Assembly (NCBI GenBank): GCA_902385255.1
Contig: CABMEV010000001.1
Span: 50,496-82,495 of the forward strand
DNA: 32,000 bases
DNA from: Candidatus Tiddalikarchaeum anstoanum
GTDB taxonomy: Archaea; Nanobdellota; Nanobdellia; Tiddalikarchaeales; Tiddalikarchaeaceae
Reading direction: 5' to 3'
In this document: positions 17,203 to 27,028 of the stretch, piece by piece
How positions within the stretch are numbered: position 1 is the stretch's first letter
Layout: each line of letters starts with the position of its first letter
Translations under genes and position numbers: made by a program
Notes under the pieces: model-generated
Database searches by the model: none
What the model was told of the DNA's origin: nothing
The model's input: only the letters and a program-made list of their open reading frames with translations

Positions 17203-18591
17203 TTGAAAATTGCTTTCTTCACTGATAGTTTCCTGCCGAACACAGATGGTGTTGCAGTCGTAACTGATGAGATTGCACAATACCTGGCCAAGAAAGGCCA
17301 TAAGATAACAATCGTATGCCCCGGCAATACGACTGAGATAGTCAAACAGAGCGGCTATAAAGTCATCAGGATAAAATCTTACAGCATAAAATTGTATGAA
17401 GAGCACAAAGTCTGTTTTAAAACACCAGAGTATCTCGAGCAACTGGATGATTTCTCAAAATATGACTTAATCCATTTGCAGACTAACGTAACACTTGCAT
17501 CAATAGGATTCATGGTCGCCTTAAAATATAATAAGCCGATAAGCTGCACTTTCCATACTAACATCGCTGACTTTGTGACTAGTTTTTTTGACGAGAACGT
17601 ATTGATGGGCAAGAAAAATATAATGTATGACTTAATCGGAAAAAACAAGATAATATTATCCATTTTAAGGAAATTCTCAGACAGCATAATGTGGAAACTA
17701 ACAAGGGATTTCCATAACGCTGTGCCTTCAACGTCCGTCCCGTCACATTATTGCAAGGCGCTCCTGAGGAAGAAGGGAGTAAAGAATGACATATTTGTGA
17801 TTCCAAATCCAGTAAATCCATCGCACAGCGGCCGCGAATATTTCAAGAAATTCCCAGTTAAAGACAAATTCGTACTGCTTCACGTCGGCAGGTTAAGCGT
17901 TGAAAAAAGGGTCAACCTGTTAATAGAAGCCGCAGCGGAACTTAAAGACAAGATTCCTAATCTGCAGATTATTATCTGCAGCGAAGGCCCTATGAGAAGT
18001 TATCTTGAACGAATTGCAAAGAGGAAACACGTGGAAAAAATAGTCAAGTTTACAGGATGGGTTTCAAGGGATGAGTTAAACTTTTTGTACGAGCAGTCAA
18101 GCATAGTGACAGGCTTCGGGCTTTTTGAAACGTTCAATCTCTGCATTGCTGAAGCATTAATTTACGGAAAGCCTGTAGTGGTTAGTGACGCTGGACCTTT
18201 AAGTGAATTCGTCAACAATAATGGTTTTGTGGTTCCTGTTAATAATGAGGAAGTTGTTAAGATATCAGAAAGCATATTAAAATTATACTCTAATAAGTCA
18301 TTGTATAACAAGTATTCATTAAACAGCAGGAAATTAGGCAAGGCTTACAACTATGATGACACCATGACTGTTTTTGAAAATTACCTGATTAATTCGGAAA
18401 AGGCCAATAAGATATTGTTTAAACATTATGTGAATTATATACGATACGTTTCCTCAATAAGTGCTGCTATTAACACGTTATTCTTCACCTTAAGCCTTAA
18501 GTTTAAACAGTTTGATAAGATACAAGAAGCCATGGATGACTTTATAAAAAGTGTCAGTTCCTCACTGCCTAAGTTTAAGAAATCTTTTTAA
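17203..18591 (+). CDS. GT4-family (GT-B fold) glycosyltransferase with a ~80-aa C-terminal extension
   Basis: MKIAFFTDSFLPNTDGV start, HVGRLSVEKR, FETFNLCIAEALIYGKPVVVSD (EX7E-type region). TTG start 4 nt after the GT2 stop. Confidence 0.8.
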   Translation: MKIAFFTDSFLPNTDGVAVVTDEIAQYLAKKGHKITIVCPGNTTEIVKQSGYKVIRIKSYSIKLYEEHKVCFKTPEYLEQLDDFSKYDLIHLQTNVTLASIGFMVALKYNKPISCTFHTNIADFVTSFFDENVLMGKKNIMYDLIGKNKIILSILRKFSDSIMWKLTRDFHNAVPSTSVPSHYCKALLRKKGVKNDIFVIPNPVNPSHSGREYFKKFPVKDKFVLLHVGRLSVEKRVNLLIEAAAELKDKIPNLQIIICSEGPMRSYLERIAKRKHVEKIVKFTGWVSRDELNFLYEQSSIVTGFGLFETFNLCIAEALIYGKPVVVSDAGPLSEFVNNNGFVVPVNNEEVVKISESILKLYSNKSLYNKYSLNSRKLGKAYNYDDTMTVFENYLINSEKANKILFKHYVNYIRYVSSISAAINTLFFTLSLKFKQFDKIQEAMDDFIKSVSSSLPKFKKSF

Positions 18592-18617
18592 AACCACCCA
18601 TTATTAGTTTTGGAATA

Positions 18618-18734
18618 ATGAAGAGAAATTCAAGGCGCTGGAAAAAGTACCTGCAATCAAGATGGAAGTGGCAGAAGAAGCGCATTAAAGACCGAAAGCA
18701 CAGAAGACAACAGAGAAAGGCTAGAACAATCTAA
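18618..18734 (+). CDS. rpl41e: Ribosomal protein eL41 (38 aa; below ORF-track cut-off)
   Basis: MKRNSRRWKKYLQSRWKWQKKRIKDRKHRRQQRKARTI, which has the archaeal eL41 pattern MKR..R.WKK....RWKW.KKRI+..K+.R as I recall it. Confidence 0.65.
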   Translation: MKRNSRRWKKYLQSRWKWQKKRIKDRKHRRQQRKARTI

Positions 18735-18739
18735 ATCTA

Positions 18740-18801
18740 GTTATACCTTAAAAATAAGACCTTTCTAACCAGAAGAGGTATAACAAAAATTTCTTTTTTT
18801 T
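18740..18801 (+). terminator. Hairpin plus T-run downstream of rpl41e
   Basis: GTTATACCT (18740..18748) pairs perfectly with AGGTATAAC (18776..18784). Followed by TTCTTTTTTTT (18791..18801). Confidence 0.4.
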
Positions 18802-18873
18802 AATTGAAAACTATATAGTTTAAAGCTAATCTTTTATAAATAAAAGATACCCTAATAATTAATCATAAAATCT

Positions 18874-18957
18874 GCGGGGTTGCCGGAGTGGTCAAACGGG
18901 CATGGCTAAGGACCATGTGGCTTAGTGCCTACGCGAGTTCGAGTCTCGTATCCCGCA
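18874..18957 (+). tRNA. tRNA-Leu, anticodon AAG (long variable arm)
   Basis: Acceptor GCGGGGT/ATCCCGC, anticodon arm CATGG-CTAAGGA-CCATG (U33, AAG, G37), 15-nt variable arm TGGCTTAGTGCCTAC, T arm GCGAG-TTCGAGT-CTCGT. Confidence 0.75.
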
Positions 18958-19185
18958 CTAATTCAAAATTTTTAGTTTTTTAAGCTCCGTTTGCAGTTTA
19001 TACTCATTAAACCAAATTATTCCTGCAACAAGTAATAACAGGAATAGTCCGAATCTAGGCACGAATAGGAGCGCCCATGAGAATATGGAATAATACCTTA
19101 ATTGTTTAATCTTCTTTTTGACTTCTAATACTTTTTCGTGCATGTTAAACAAACAGGGTATAAACTCCTTATTAAACCTTTCCAA
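18958..19185 (-). CDS. Hypothetical small membrane protein (start uncertain: TTG at 19185 or ATG at 19143)
   Basis: 75-aa ORF with one long hydrophobic segment SIFSWALLFVPRFGLFLLLLVAGIIW. Confidence 0.35.
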   Translation of the reverse strand: MERFNKEFIPCLFNMHEKVLEVKKKIKQLRYYSIFSWALLFVPRFGLFLLLLVAGIIWFNEYKLQTELKKLKILN

Positions 19186-19224
19186 AAAAGATTAAAAAAC
19201 ACTCATGCTTTGTTAAAATAGTTC

Positions 19225-19560
19225 ATGAACAATAAGAAATTAGCGCTAAAAATCAAAAGCGTATTATGCTACTCAGGACTGCCTGCGTTTATATTCCTAA
19301 ATTCCAAGGAGAATATAATAAGATTCCATGCTAAACAAGGAGTTTTACTGTTCATAACCGCGGTTTTAGCGCTTTTCATACCTATAATCGGGTGGATACT
19401 GGTTTGGCCCTTCGTTTTTGTAAATTCTTTCATAGCTGCAGTCAAAGCGTGGGATTTAAAAATGTGGAGCACGCCTATTACTAACATTGTCAAAACATTC
19501 AAATTTAATACGGAGGTGAAATGTTTTGGTTTCAAAAAAAGTAGCAAAAAAAGAAGTTAA
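19225..19560 (+). CDS. DUF4870-like membrane protein
   Basis: FHAKQGVLLFI motif and 3 TM helices. Paralogue of the next gene. Confidence 0.6.
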   Translation: MNNKKLALKIKSVLCYSGLPAFIFLNSKENIIRFHAKQGVLLFITAVLALFIPIIGWILVWPFVFVNSFIAAVKAWDLKMWSTPITNIVKTFKFNTEVKCFGFKKSSKKRS

Positions 19561-19870
19561 AAAAGCAGTAGTAAAAGAGGAAAATGCAAGTAAAGGAGAC
19601 GTTGAATCAGGAAAGACTCTTGCAGTAGTTTCATACCTCTGGATTGCAGGTTTTATAATCCTGTTCACAGAGAAGAAGAATAAATTCGTAATGTTCCACG
19701 CTAAACAAGCAGCAGCACTAGCAGTAGTAGAACTAATACCTGTAGTGAATTTTGTTGCGGCAATAGCAGGACTGTACGGAATAATAACTGCCTTGCAAGG
19801 TAAACAGGTAAGAATTCCTTTAATGTACGAATTCGGAGAATGGATTTACAAAACGTTAAATCCTCAATAA
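19526..19870 (+). CDS. DUF4870-like membrane protein (tandem paralogue)
   Basis: FHAKQAAALAV motif. TTG start 9 nt after GGAGG (19512..19516), which is complementary to the 16S 3' end. Confidence 0.6.
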   Translation: MVSKKVAKKEVKKAVVKEENASKGDVESGKTLAVVSYLWIAGFIILFTEKKNKFVMFHAKQAAALAVVELIPVVNFVAAIAGLYGIITALQGKQVRIPLMYEFGEWIYKTLNPQ

Positions 19871-19920
19871 AAAGGTAAATTTTTTTTTACCTTCTTATTT
19901 TTTATTTTTTTTAAAATAGT

Positions 19921-20433
19921 ATGTTAACTTATTCTGATGCATTAACACTGCTCAAAGCCGTCGGCTGCTCGGAGCATGTAATAAATCACTGCAAACAGGT
20001 TAGCGAGAAAAGCAAAGAACTAGCTTTGAAACTGTTATTAAAAAGCCATAAAGTTGATGTTGAACTCTGCACCATCGGAGGATTATTGCATGACATTGGA
20101 CGAAGCAAAACGCATTCAATAACTCATGGCGTTGAAGGTGCAAAACTGCTTGAAGCTTATCCTAACCTGGCAAGGATTGCAAAGACCCATACAGGTGCAG
20201 GCATTGATAAAGCGGAGGCAAAAAAGTTAGGACTGCCTCCTGGTGATTATATTCCAAGAACAGTTGAGGAGAAAATAGTCTGCTACTCGGACAAGCTCAG
20301 TGATAATGGTAAAATATCAGATAATGTTATCCCAAGGGTAAAAAGGATGGAAAACGAGTTAGGCAAAGACCACTCTTCAATTCAAAGATTAAAAAAATTA
20401 GAAAAAGAAATAAAAAAATTAATTACTCCTTAA
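19921..20433 (+). CDS. HD-domain phosphohydrolase (small archaeal HD family)
   Basis: H...LLHDIGR...HGVEGAKLL...KTHTGAG...YSDKL. Confidence 0.75.
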   Translation: MLTYSDALTLLKAVGCSEHVINHCKQVSEKSKELALKLLLKSHKVDVELCTIGGLLHDIGRSKTHSITHGVEGAKLLEAYPNLARIAKTHTGAGIDKAEAKKLGLPPGDYIPRTVEEKIVCYSDKLSDNGKISDNVIPRVKRMENELGKDHSSIQRLKKLEKEIKKLITP

Positions 20434-20609
20434 AGATTTATCGGGCTTCTGCAGTAGATGCACTTTGCATTAGTTTTATTTTTGTAATCTACTTTTGTTG
20501 GCTTAGCTTTAGTATCTTTTGATTCCTGCAAAGCAATTTTTTCTAATCCTGACAGTCCCGTAATTAGAATAGGTGCCATGCATTCATTACACGAATAAAG
20601 TTTTTCCAT
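20430..20609 (-). CDS. 59-aa zinc-ribbon protein (below ORF-track cut-off)
   Basis: Reverse translation MEKLYSCNECMAPILITGLSGLEKIALQESKDTKAKPTKVDYKNKTNAKCIYCRSPINL, with CxxC at both ends. Its stop overlaps the HD gene stop. Confidence 0.4.
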   Translation of the reverse strand: MEKLYSCNECMAPILITGLSGLEKIALQESKDTKAKPTKVDYKNKTNAKCIYCRSPINL

Positions 20610-20686
20610 TCATTAATTGTTAAAATATCTTATTTAAAAATATTATTATTTAAAAAAAATTAAAGAAAAAAAGATTAAAATTATTT

Positions 20687-21238
20687 TTAAAATTCAACTT
20701 TTGGAGTTTTCTTCTCGGTTTCTGAAACTTGGAATAATTCCCTTGCTTTTAAGCTCATCATGCCTGCAACTATATTGTCAGGGAATTGAGCTATCTTAAT
20801 GTTGAATGTGTTTACGCTGTCGTTGTAAGTTTCTCTTCTTCCTGCAATGTCAGTTTCCAGTGTTGAAATTCTTCCTTGCAACTGCATGAAGTTATCATTA
20901 GCTTTAAGTGTAGGATAGTTCTCTGCAACCGCAAACATAGTCTTTAATGCACCATTAAGCATTCCTTCAGCGTGCGCTTTTTCAGGGATTGATTTTGCTT
21001 TGCTCCAAGCGCTCCTAGCTTCAGTTATTGCGGTCAATGTGTCTTTCTCGTGCTTCATGTATCCTTTGACAGTGTTTACAAGGTTTGGTATCTCATCAAA
21101 ACGCTGCTTAAGCAGGACATTTATATTGCTCCAAGTCTTGTCTATCTCGTTTCTTAATGTTACAAAATTATTGTAAATTGAAACGAAATATAATGCTATT
21201 CCAAGTAGGATTACTACAGGTATTACGATTTCTAACAT
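20687..21238 (-). CDS. lemA: LemA family protein
   Basis: N-terminal TM helix, then YNNFVTLRNEIDKTWSNINVLLKQRFDEIPNLVNTVKGYMKHEKDTL, the LemA signature region. Confidence 0.85.
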   Translation of the reverse strand: MLEIVIPVVILLGIALYFVSIYNNFVTLRNEIDKTWSNINVLLKQRFDEIPNLVNTVKGYMKHEKDTLTAITEARSAWSKAKSIPEKAHAEGMLNGALKTMFAVAENYPTLKANDNFMQLQGRISTLETDIAGRRETYNDSVNTFNIKIAQFPDNIVAGMMSLKARELFQVSETEKKTPKVEF

Positions 21239-21325
21239 GGTTTAATCAAAAGGCTGTAATAATTAAAAAGATTTACTTTAAGCAGTTTAAGAAAGTTTTA
21301 AAAGAAATATTGGTTAATACTTTTT

Positions 21326-22627
21326 ATGAACCGCGTTTTAATAAAAGACTTGAAAACAGGCGAGAAGCAGGTAATTTATGGCTTCGTTCAGGAAGTAAGG
21401 GAGCTTAGCAGCATCATTTTCTTGGTTATCCGCGACGTCAGCGGAATACTACAAACTGTTGTTAAAAAAGATAATAAGATTTTATTCGACTTGGCTAAAA
21501 AAATAAATAAAGAATCAGTAGTCTCAGTTTCAGGCATCGTTAATGCAAGCAAACAAGCACCTGGCGGGAAAGAATTAGTCATTGAAAATTTGGAAATAAT
21601 AAGCAGGGCTGAAACACCATTACCTATCCCTGTTATTGAAAAAGGTGAAGTAACGACTGCACTCGATAAAAGATTTGACTGGAGATTCCTGGATTTAAGA
21701 AAAGAAAAGAATACTCTGATGTTCAAAGTGTCTACTGCTGTTGAAAAAGGAATGAGGAATTATTGGAACACGAACGGTTACATAGAGATTCATACGCCTA
21801 AGATTATAGGAACAGCATCCGAATCAGGCGCTGAAGTTTTCATGCTGCCTTACTTTGGAAGGGAAGCATTCTTGGCGCAGAGTCCGCAGTTTTACAAGCA
21901 GGAAGCGATGGCTGCAGGTTTTGAAAAAGTCTTTGAAATAGGCACAGTGTTTAGAGCTGAGAATAGCCACACGACCAGGCACTTAACAGAGATTGTAATG
22001 ATTGACATGGAAATCTCATATATTAAGGACCATTTCAGCGTAATGGATGAAGAAGAAGCCATGCTGAAACACATGCTTAAAATAGTCAAGGAAGAATATG
22101 GCAGCGAGATAAAAAGAGTCTTTAACATCGATATTAACATCCCTGCCAAGTTTCCAAGAATCAGCTTCGCTGAAGCCAACGAGATTATAAAGAAGATGAA
22201 AGGCGAAGTTGAAGAGAATGACTTAACAAGCGCTGGTGAAAAGATGCTTGGAGAGTGGGCTAAAAAAGAACATGGCAGCGACTTCTTATTCGTGTACAAT
22301 TATCCTTGGGCTAAAAAACCATTCTATCACATGAAGGATGATAAGACACCTAACACTACAAAGAGCTTCGACCTGTTATATAAAGGATTAGAAATAACAT
22401 CAGGCTCGCAGAGGGAACACAAGTATGAAATATTAATCAAGCAAGTTAAGGAGAAAAAACTAAGCGAAGAGCCGCTTAAGGATTACTTAAACGCTTTCAG
22501 GTATGGAATTCCGCCTCATGGAGGTTTGGGTATAGGTCATGCCAGAGTCGTCCAGCAAATGCTCGGATTGGAGAACGTGAGAGAAGCAACATACATACCA
22601 AGAGACACGGAAAGAATAACACCTTAA
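21326..22627 (+). CDS. aspS: Aspartyl-tRNA synthetase (archaeal class IIb)
   Basis: N-terminal OB fold, LAQSPQFYKQ, FRAENSHTTRHLTEIVMIDME, GGLGIGHARVV..LGLENVREATYIPRDTERITP. 433 aa, the expected length. Confidence 0.88.
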   Translation: MNRVLIKDLKTGEKQVIYGFVQEVRELSSIIFLVIRDVSGILQTVVKKDNKILFDLAKKINKESVVSVSGIVNASKQAPGGKELVIENLEIISRAETPLPIPVIEKGEVTTALDKRFDWRFLDLRKEKNTLMFKVSTAVEKGMRNYWNTNGYIEIHTPKIIGTASESGAEVFMLPYFGREAFLAQSPQFYKQEAMAAGFEKVFEIGTVFRAENSHTTRHLTEIVMIDMEISYIKDHFSVMDEEEAMLKHMLKIVKEEYGSEIKRVFNIDINIPAKFPRISFAEANEIIKKMKGEVEENDLTSAGEKMLGEWAKKEHGSDFLFVYNYPWAKKPFYHMKDDKTPNTTKSFDLLYKGLEITSGSQREHKYEILIKQVKEKKLSEEPLKDYLNAFRYGIPPHGGLGIGHARVVQQMLGLENVREATYIPRDTERITP

Positions 22628-22669
22628 AAAATAACATTTTTAAATACGTTTTTTTTGTTTATTTAACTG

Positions 22670-23296
22670 ATGAACACGGACCAGGTATTGTTCTACAAAT
22701 GTTTAGGGACGTTGGATAAAAATTTAGGTGACCATATTCATTATTGTATAGAGTGGAATAAGGTTACTGAAAAACTGATTGATTGTGTAAACAATCTTCT
22801 TCCGGAAACTGTCCAGTACTTATTTGAAACTGTTGAACAAAAATACAAAGAAAACAAATTTGAAGTTACATCTGCGGATTTTGAAGTGTGCTACAAAAAC
22901 CTCGAAAAAATATTAACGCTAACAATGCCGGTGCTAAAAAGAAAAATATACGAACAGTTTAACAATAGGGCGAAATATATGAATTTTATGGATGATTTTG
23001 TCACTAAGGTGGACATAACTCCAAAACAAGTGGTTGATATTTGTAATATTTTAACCAGGAATGAAACGAGATGTTATGTATCAATATTATCTTATTATAT
23101 TAAAAATAGAAGTGACGCGAAAGCGTTTAATATTATTAGCAAGAAATTTGAAAACAAGCCTATAAAAACAGTAATGGCAGATATAGCAGACACTCTCGAT
23201 GATAATACTAGGTTCTTCTCTCCTACAACAGTGGAATCTTATTATATTCAGGCGTTGATGGATAATCTTATAGCGAATCCTATTTTTAAACGATAA
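22670..23296 (+). CDS. Hypothetical protein
   Basis: 208-aa ORF, no recognisable motif. Confidence 0.45.
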   Translation: MNTDQVLFYKCLGTLDKNLGDHIHYCIEWNKVTEKLIDCVNNLLPETVQYLFETVEQKYKENKFEVTSADFEVCYKNLEKILTLTMPVLKRKIYEQFNNRAKYMNFMDDFVTKVDITPKQVVDICNILTRNETRCYVSILSYYIKNRSDAKAFNIISKKFENKPIKTVMADIADTLDDNTRFFSPTTVESYYIQALMDNLIANPIFKR

Positions 23297-23395
23297 TTAT
23301 TTTTTTTCAAAACGTTTATAAATAAAAAAGATACAATAAATGCTTAGTAAATCTATGTGTAAGCTCATCCACGCGTATGTTGGGCTTACGAAATA

Positions 23396-23403
23396 TTTAT
23401 AAA
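23396..23403 (+). promoter_or_regulatory. Candidate TATA box for the 16S rRNA transcript (second TTTATAAATA at 23315..23324)
   Basis: TTTATAAA lies ~70 nt upstream of the processing-stem arm and ~190 nt upstream of mature 16S. A leader hairpin sits at 23435..23459. Confidence 0.35.
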
Positions 23404-23470
23404 CGATTCAAGTACTTTTTTAGTATTACGTGAGTATCATAAAAGCGATTTTTATGATATGAATATTCAT

Positions 23471-23491
23471 AGTGGTTGATTGTGTCGCAAG
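23471..23491 (+). other. Pre-16S processing stem, 5' arm (pairs with 25155..25176)
   Basis: AGTGGTTGAT-TGTGT-CGCAAG is complementary to CTTGCG-TACAAC-ATCAACCACT downstream of the 16S (10 bp + internal loop + 6 bp). Confidence 0.6.
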
Positions 23492-23592
23492 AGAAAAATT
23501 CGGTTTTTTCCGCGAACAGCAATAAAAAACAATTCCTAAATAGTTTAATAAACCAAAAAACCCAGAGGGATCAAAAAAAAATTATGGAAGCA

Positions 23593-25060
<1,468 letters not shown>

Positions 25061-25154
25061 TTTATTTTCTTTTTCTCGAGAATTTTTCGAGAAACTGGGA
25101 AAAAGAAATATATACCTTATTTATTTAGATGTGTGTGTAGAAGTGGAAAAAACA

Positions 25155-25176
25155 CTTGCGTACAACATCAACCACT
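25155..25176 (+). other. Pre-16S processing stem, 3' arm
   Basis: Complementary to 23471..23491 (see that feature). Confidence 0.6.
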
Positions 25177-25250
25177 TACTTTTTTATTTTTACAAAACCT
25201 AGCGAGAGCTAGCAAAAACCTTATAAGCATCTTTTTTTAGTTCAATTATT

Positions 25251-26249
25251 ATGTTAAAATCACAGGAAGAATCCGCCTTAGAAAGAGTATTATATACTTT
25301 ATCTTTAGATAGTGATTTTAGTCAAGCTATACGTTCATCAAAAAGTACAGAGTATTTATCTGAAAATCCATATATACTACTTCATTCTATGCCTGCTTTT
25401 AGAGAATCATTTTTTAAAGTATTCCTTGACCAGCAGTACAGAATTTTTTCTAAAGGTGTAGATACAAATGAAGCAGATAAAGATAGAAATTACGCTTATC
25501 ATCTGCTTTCCAGGATTTCAAACATTGAAGAGTTAGCAAAGATGTTAAAATTAGAATTGCCTAAAGAGTATTTCGAAAAAAGAGCAATGTTTTGCAAAGA
25601 GACAAAAACATCAATGATAAGTTTACTGTTTAAAGAGTCAAACTTAGATACACCTAATTGTTCTTTTGGTTTTGAATCTCTTTTTAGCGGATTAAAAGCT
25701 ATTTTTGAAGCAGCAAACACTGCAATTCCTAATCTGGATGATGCACGAAAAGAGACATATAAATTACTTATTCCTAGATTAGAAGAATGTATTAGTACTA
25801 ACTTAGCCAGGAAAAACATGTTTCTTCAAGATATTATTGCATTTTCTTGGGAATTTACTTATTTAAATCATATGCTTAAATATATTGGCGCAAAGATTGA
25901 TGAAAAAGGTATGAAGTTAAGAAATGATGTGTTTATACAAGTAGCGGATGATTTAAAAATTAATCAATCAAAAATTGAGGATATTTATAGACTATCTGCC
26001 ATTTATAACTTATTTACTAAGCTTATTATACAATTAAAACCAGATTTTAATAATGCTGAATTAAAAAATGCATTTTCAAAACTAGTATCAGTTGAAAAAA
26101 ATGAAGTAACTTATGACTGCACATCTAAATTTTATCAAGATTTAGAGATTCTAGCTGAAAATAAGTTTAGTTTAGATACAAGTCTTGACGATGAAACTAA
26201 TGAACTTTTACTCGGCAAAGTAGACAATCTTAAATTTATAAAACAATAA
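25251..26249 (+). CDS. Hypothetical protein (AT-rich, probably helical)
   Basis: 332-aa ORF, no recognisable motif. My hand count of the first 100 nt gives 30 G+C. Confidence 0.5.
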   Translation: MLKSQEESALERVLYTLSLDSDFSQAIRSSKSTEYLSENPYILLHSMPAFRESFFKVFLDQQYRIFSKGVDTNEADKDRNYAYHLLSRISNIEELAKMLKLELPKEYFEKRAMFCKETKTSMISLLFKESNLDTPNCSFGFESLFSGLKAIFEAANTAIPNLDDARKETYKLLIPRLEECISTNLARKNMFLQDIIAFSWEFTYLNHMLKYIGAKIDEKGMKLRNDVFIQVADDLKINQSKIEDIYRLSAIYNLFTKLIIQLKPDFNNAELKNAFSKLVSVEKNEVTYDCTSKFYQDLEILAENKFSLDTSLDDETNELLLGKVDNLKFIKQ

Positions 26250-26300
26250 AAGTTCTAAATCATTATCCTTATAATAGCAAGGATTTCTTTAATTTATTTT

Positions 26301-26660
26301 ATGATATTTTATATTCACAAGCCTATTCAGCTGCGTGTATACGCAAGCAGAAAAAATATTAATAATTATTTTAAGTATAATGTCAGGGAGTTGGAGCGTG
26401 AAGTGCTGGTTCCAAGATGCATTGAGGAAGAATTAATACCCTATAATGACAAAAAAGTCTTAGTGAATGTTATGGGTTTAAACGAAAGAAATATTGAATT
26501 CCTGCTTATTTACGGATACGTATCAAAAGAACGCGTCTTTAGAACTAATGAAGGAGTGGCATTATTTGCCAAAGAGATACCAAAATCAGATATTGAAGGT
26601 GTTAAAAAAGCAGTGCTAAATTATTACAATTTTGAGAAACCTCTATCTTTCATAGACTAG
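26301..26660 (+). CDS. Hypothetical protein
   Basis: 119-aa ORF, no recognisable motif. Confidence 0.4.
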   Translation: MIFYIHKPIQLRVYASRKNINNYFKYNVRELEREVLVPRCIEEELIPYNDKKVLVNVMGLNERNIEFLLIYGYVSKERVFRTNEGVALFAKEIPKSDIEGVKKAVLNYYNFEKPLSFID

Positions 26661-26701
26661 AAAACCTTTTTTAATAATTAATAAGTTAAGTATTCTTTAA
26701 T

Positions 26702-27028
26702 TTGAAAGCGGAAATTGCGTCAAAACCTGAACCTGAAGAGATAATAGTGGATGCTGCAAAGCATAAGAGTCCTTCAAAAAGCGAAGTGAAATCCGACACG
26801 TTCACCCATAATAGAGATAAGGTTATTTCCTTTCTAAGGATTTTACTGCTCACAATGCTGTTTATAGTTGTTATTTTCTCATTGTTAATAACTAAGATGT
26901 TATTCTCGCCTAATCCTAATCCATGGGTACTCTTTGGCATGATAGCAGTAATGGTATTGCCAACAATATTCGTAATGGCCTTCCTGTTCAGGTTTTTAGT
27001 GAATTATATGGGCATGAAGAAGGATTAA
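26702..27028 (+). CDS. Hypothetical membrane protein (2 TM), TTG start
   Basis: 108-aa ORF with a charged N-terminus and two hydrophobic helices. Confidence 0.4.
   Translation: MKAEIASKPEPEEIIVDAAKHKSPSKSEVKSDTFTHNRDKVISFLRILLLTMLFIVVIFSLLITKMLFSPNPNPWVLFGMIAVMVLPTIFVMAFLFRFLVNYMGMKKD

Noticed and set aside
25251-26660. ORFs 25251..26249 and 26301..26660 share a frame and could be another nonsense-interrupted gene
   Set aside because: Two stops (26247 and 26256) lie between them, and there is no family homology to show continuity. Same-frame placement is a one-in-three coincidence.
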